Assembly (NCBI GenBank): GCA_963666285.1
Contig: OY762711.1
Source: Sedimentisphaerales bacterium
Lineage (GTDB): Bacteria > Planctomycetota > Phycisphaerae > Sedimentisphaerales > SM23-30
Reading direction: 5' to 3' (one strand)
Length of the DNA: 64,000 nucleotides
Both the position numbers and the translations under genes were made by a program. The notes under the pieces were generated by a model. It was not told where the DNA came from and searched no databases. It was given only the letters and a program-made list of their open reading frames with translations. Shown piece by piece: positions 60,801-64,000 of this stretch; positions within the stretch are counted from its first letter, which is position 1; the number at the start of each line of letters is the position of its first letter.

Positions 60801-62951
60801 CAGACTACCACGATAACTGCCATTGCCAGTTATCGTACACGATTTTACGCCCAGGCGAGATATTTTACCATCTAACTGATAGAATAATCCCACATAACTA
60901 TTATCACCTGTTATGGTAAAATTACTTACCGAATGACCACCACCATCGAAATACCCAATGAATCGCTGCGGTACAACAGATTCTGAAAATACCTGATCGC
61001 CCAGATCAATGTCAGCAGTCATTTGATAGCATCCATATCTCAGTGAAGCATTTGTACAAAATTCCATCATATCTGCGTTACTGCTAATTAAAAACGGATT
61101 ATCTGATGCGCCGCTACCAGCCAGAGTTGTACTTAACTGATAAACCATTGAAACAGGTCCATTTGTTAACTGATACTGCAACTTAGGGTAATGGCCATTT
61201 TCAACAGTCCATACCTCAGTAAAATTAAATCCAGTATAGCTTGATTGTAACAGCATTTGACTATTGTTCAAATCTGAACCAAGAGAGTTGTCCCAGCTGC
61301 CATATTTATAAAAATAACAATTTGTGACACTGGCTCCATAACTTTGTCCAAGGAAACCATAACCATTGGGAACTACACAAGAAGAATAGCTGGTTGTAAT
61401 TGTTCCATAATCTGAGTATCCACAAAAACCACCAATAGAACCACTGCCAGTTACAGTGCCAGATGAATAACAATTTGTAATGGTGCCTCTGTTATGCATT
61501 CCGCATAATCCACCCACCTGACTACTACCAGTTATCTCAACACCGGATGTGTAGCACTCAGTTACGCTACCATAGTAGTTATTGCCTACAAGGCCGCCTA
61601 CACAATTAGTTCCATTAACCTGAACACCTTCTGCAAAGCACTGGTAGATATTGCCTTGACTAATAGTCCCGACCAATGCGCCATGATAGTGACCGCTACC
61701 AGTTATACTACATGATTTTACGCCTAATCCAGATATTGTGCCGCTTAACAGCTTAAATAATCCCAAACCATCATTGTTACCTGTTATGGTAAAATTACTT
61801 ACCGAATGACCACCACCATCGAAATACCCAATGAATCGCTGCGGTACAACAGATTCTGAAAATACCTGATCGCCCAGATCAATGTCAGCAGTCATTTGAT
61901 AGCATCCATATCTCAGTGAAGCATTTGTACAAAATTCCATCATATCTGCGTTACTGCTAATTAAAAACGGATTATCTGATGTGCCGCTACCAGCCAGAGT
62001 TGTACTTAACTGATAAACCATTGAAACAGGTCCATTTGTTAACTGATACTGCAACTTAGGGTAATGGCCATTTTCAACAGTCCATACCTCAGTAAAATTA
62101 AATCCAGTATAGCTTGATTGTAACAGCATTTGACTATTGTTCAAATCTGAACCAAGAGAGTTGTCCCAGCTGCCATATTTATAAAAATAACAATTTGTGA
62201 CACTGGCTCCATAACTTTGTCCAAGGAAACCATAACCATTGGGAACTACACAAGAAGAATAGCTGGTTGTAATTGTTCCATAATCTGAGTATCCACAAAA
62301 ACCACCAATAGAACCACTGCCAGTTACAGTGCCAGATGAATAACAATTTGTAATGGTGCCTCTGTTATGCATTCCGCATAATCCACCCACCTGACTACTA
62401 CCAGTTATCTCAACACCGGATGTGTAGCACTCAGTTACGCTACCATAGTAGTTATTGCCTACAAGGCCGCCTACACAATTAGTTCCATTAACCTGAACAC
62501 CTTCTGCAAAGCACTGGTAGATATTGCCTTGACTAATAGTCCCGACCAATGCGCCATGATAGTGACCGCTACCAGTTATACTACATGATTTTACGCCTAA
62601 TCCAGATATTGTGCCGCTTAACAGCTTAAATAATCCCAAACCATCATTGTTACCTGTTATGGTAAAATTGCTTACCGAATGACCACCACCATCGAAATGC
62701 CCAAAGAATGGCTGCGGTACAACAGATTCTGAAAATACCTGATCGCCCAGATCAATGTCAGCGGTAAGGGTAGTGTAAGTATCCTCCGCCATCATTTCAG
62801 AACTGCCGCAGAAAGCCTGGAAATCTGCCAGGTCTTCGATAAGCCAAGGGTCAGCTTCCGTTCCTGAGCCGGGAATTACTCCGCTGGCCGCAAAAGTTAC
62901 ACTTGAAAACATGCACAACATGCAAAACATTAAAACTGTTAATAATCGCAT
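57846..62951 (-). CDS. Large secreted protein: 3 GLUG modules, 9 PASTA repeats, a dockerin-like module and a C-terminal beta-sandwich
   Basis: Signal peptide; GSGT..DP, FDGGGH, GGL.G motifs; nine VP....M/L...A units with G.VI.Q; DFNADSTIDQYD...AGNWL; SSEQDYD...WKYEKD. Confidence 0.9.
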   Translation of the reverse strand: MRLLTVLMFCMLCMFSSVTFAASGVIPGSGTEADPWLIEDLADFQAFCGSSEMMAEDTYTTLTADIDLGDQVFSESVVPQPFFGHFDGGGHSVSNFTITGNNDGLGLFKLLSGTISGLGVKSCSITGSGHYHGALVGTISQGNIYQCFAEGVQVNGTNCVGGLVGNNYYGSVTECYTSGVEITGSSQVGGLCGMHNRGTITNCYSSGTVTGSGSIGGFCGYSDYGTITTSYSSCVVPNGYGFLGQSYGASVTNCYFYKYGSWDNSLGSDLNNSQMLLQSSYTGFNFTEVWTVENGHYPKLQYQLTNGPVSMVYQLSTTLAGSGTSDNPFLISSNADMMEFCTNASLRYGCYQMTADIDLGDQVFSESVVPQRFIGYFDGGGHSVSNFTITGNNDGLGLFKLLSGTISGLGVKSCSITGSGHYHGALVGTISQGNIYQCFAEGVQVNGTNCVGGLVGNNYYGSVTECYTSGVEITGSSQVGGLCGMHNRGTITNCYSSGTVTGSGSIGGFCGYSDYGTITTSYSSCVVPNGYGFLGQSYGASVTNCYFYKYGSWDNSLGSDLNNSQMLLQSSYTGFNFTEVWTVENGHYPKLQYQLTNGPVSMVYQLSTTLAGSGASDNPFLISSNADMMEFCTNASLRYGCYQMTADIDLGDQVFSESVVPQRFIGYFDGGGHSVSNFTITGDNSYVGLFYQLDGKISRLGVKSCTITGNGSYRGSLVGNNNLGNIYQCFAEGVQINGLDHVGGLVGNNYYGSVTECYTSEVEITGRNYVGGLCGLHNRGTITNCYSSGTVTGSGSIGGFCGYSDYGTITTSYSSCVVPNGYGFLGQSYGASVTNCFWDIDLSGQTTSAGGTGKTTEEMLTQATFLDANWNYITDETFGVWYSFENDYPRLVWEVVTVPSVEGLDYKDAVLLIADSGIRLGDISYAYSFTVPAGYVIDQDIAAGELLSHRGILNLLVSKGPELTTVPELMGLSESDAIVAITDAKLEIGDISYAYSFTVPAGYVISQSIEADLRVIINNTVDLVISDGPEYTTVPDVYGMTEAEAVLTILQAKLAIVEPIVHQYDFNVPSGHVISQSIAADESVIITTEVALVISDGPEMVGVPSLYDMNLTEAVGIIEAAELEVGEISYGYSFTVAQGNVIGQSIAGGGTTVIGSAVNLVVSDGPQIVTVPDFTGMTQAEAEAAILNAGFVVGTSMEHYSSTVPTGIVMNQDLQAGNYALIGSTIRLIISKGTKMTTVPAVTGVSQTLAEALVLAADLTVGTITTEYSMTIAEGTVIGQSLAAGNSVAVETAVDLVVSAGPEMAIVPNLALMTEDAAAAALADVKLAVGTKTYEYSFSVAEGSIVSQSVASGENVVINTAINIVISLGNMITVPDVVNMTQEDAEAAFAAIPIGISVSTDYSLTVPAGSVISQNINSGEKLLMGSFVTVVVSVGPEMTVVPNLAYITQAEAEAALENARLKLGSVSYAASYTVDIDKIISQSIRRGSSVIVGSEIDITISVSTTRIDMQTFAQIAGNWLVTVNDSATSWDIVDFNADSTIDQYDLLLLAGNWLSSDKIEVEQVEADYFETGDFTALDWQNNDPNQWNIVEEPYRGAYAAKSAVIDNMCSSSIFLTVDTTGYNSISFAAKISSEQDYDYLLFYIDGKLADYFSGEVDWSVYSYNIKTEGQHTFTWKYEKDETIGEGMDCAWIDDVVISNLE
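60444..62762 (-). repeat. Intragenic tandem repeat with an 873-bp (291-aa) period, about 2.7 copies
   Basis: Marker GTGACACTGG at 60451, 61324 and 62197; CAATGTCAGC ending at 61016, 61889 and 62762. Confidence 0.95.
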
Positions 62952-63019
62952 TAGATTTTTCTCCTGAATTTTTGGGTATTTATTTGATATTATTTATTAC
63001 GATTAACGTTCTTTTTTTA

Positions 63020-64000
63020 TTACTTCCCTTCCAGCCAGTATTCTGCCAGTTCTGAAAGGTCAGTGATCGTATATTGATCCTGCCAGCCTTGTGCCAGTTC
63101 GCTGAAATCTTGCATATCTACGCCGTAGCTGCCGGTGATATCGCCGGGAATGTCTCGCTGGAAGAATAGCATTGGATAGCCAGTCGCCTGATATGGCATG
63201 TGCCAGATGTCATCTATGCCATTATCGGTTTTTGCATTGAAGTCCCAGCCGTTTGCAATATAAGTGGAGGCCATTTGCATCTCGGTAGTCATTCTGCTTT
63301 CTGCAGTACCAGGGGTACTGAAAACTATAGTATATGTATAATCAGGATAACTACCTATTCTATCTATATATGCAATATTTGTCCCAGATGTTTCAATATC
63401 CCAAAAACACTGAACAATATCTCCGTCAAGATTATCTCCAACCATTCCTCCAACAGTAACATTTCCGGAAACAGTTCCGATAGAATAACAATTGGTAATT
63501 GAACTGAAATTATTCGAACCTGCAAAACCTCCAACAGATTCATTTCCCTCAACTGTTCCTTCTGAGTAACAATTGAGAAAACTTCCACTTTGATTTAGCC
63601 CTACAGCACCACCAGCATGATTACCTATACTATTAACAGAACCAGTAGAATAACAATTACTGCAAAATCCAACTAAATTGTGCCCTATAAGCCCTCCAAC
63701 ATAATCACTTCCAGTAACTGAACAAGTAGAGTAACTATTGGTAACTGTAGTTTGATACCCACAACCTAATAAACCACCTATCCACTGTTTACCTGCTATA
63801 GACCCTGTAGAGTAACAGTTGTCTATAATACTATTTGCAGCAAAAGCACATAAGCCAGCTAATCTATAACCTGAACCAGTAACAGATACTTTTTTAATAC
63901 CTAAATTACATATTGAGGCATTGTCATCAATGTATCCGAACAAAGCAAGGATCGAGTCCCCATTTATCGATAAATTGCTAATAATATGATTATTGCCATT
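63020..64000 (-). CDS. GLUG-motif protein with a dockerin-like C-terminal module (5' end outside the window)
   Basis: GG..G.N repeats; tail WHMPYQATGYPMLFFQRDIPGDITGSYGVDMQD...LAEYWLEGK. Confidence 0.85.
   Translation of the reverse strand, partial: NGNNHIISNLSINGDSILALFGYIDDNASICNLGIKKVSVTGSGYRLAGLCAFAANSIIDNCYSTGSIAGKQWIGGLLGCGYQTTVTNSYSTCSVTGSDYVGGLIGHNLVGFCSNCYSTGSVNSIGNHAGGAVGLNQSGSFLNCYSEGTVEGNESVGGFAGSNNFSSITNCYSIGTVSGNVTVGGMVGDNLDGDIVQCFWDIETSGTNIAYIDRIGSYPDYTYTIVFSTPGTAESRMTTEMQMASTYIANGWDFNAKTDNGIDDIWHMPYQATGYPMLFFQRDIPGDITGSYGVDMQDFSELAQGWQDQYTITDLSELAEYWLEGK

Overview
Bacterial chromosomal window. The most likely source is an anaerobic planctomycete (Phycisphaerae/Sedimentisphaerales-like); this is inferred from the many GLUG, PASTA, PEP-CTERM and dockerin-like surface proteins and was not checked by search. 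Housekeeping genes include polX, a WalJ-like MBL hydrolase, a yyaL-like gene, an APC permease-EIIA fusion, tRNA-Gln, glgP, ferritin, desulfoferrodoxin, a radical SAM enzyme, a RidA-family gene, DUF58, asd, argJ and cinA. They alternate with AT-rich accessory blocks encoding secreted or surface proteins. Main points of interest: (1) two inverted copies of a ~500-600 bp GC-rich non-coding element (about 34.0-34.6 and 38.8-39.4 kb) with conserved hairpins; (2) seven ORFs or fragments carrying a dockerin-like 'D..G..VD..D...A..WL' module, often next to PEP-CTERM genes; (3) a mosaic tandem triplet of PEP-CTERM genes whose middle copy is frameshifted at a G11 tract; (4) an intact IS3-family element with a 4-bp target duplication splitting a large surface-protein gene; (5) a 161-bp MITE and IS481-like end remnants; (6) a PolX with a degenerate polymerase site; (7) a duplicated cinA 3' end bracketing a C39-peptidase gene; (8) an 873-bp near-perfect tandem repeat in a 1701-aa GLUG/PASTA protein. 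All calls were made by eye from sequence motifs; no database searches were run.
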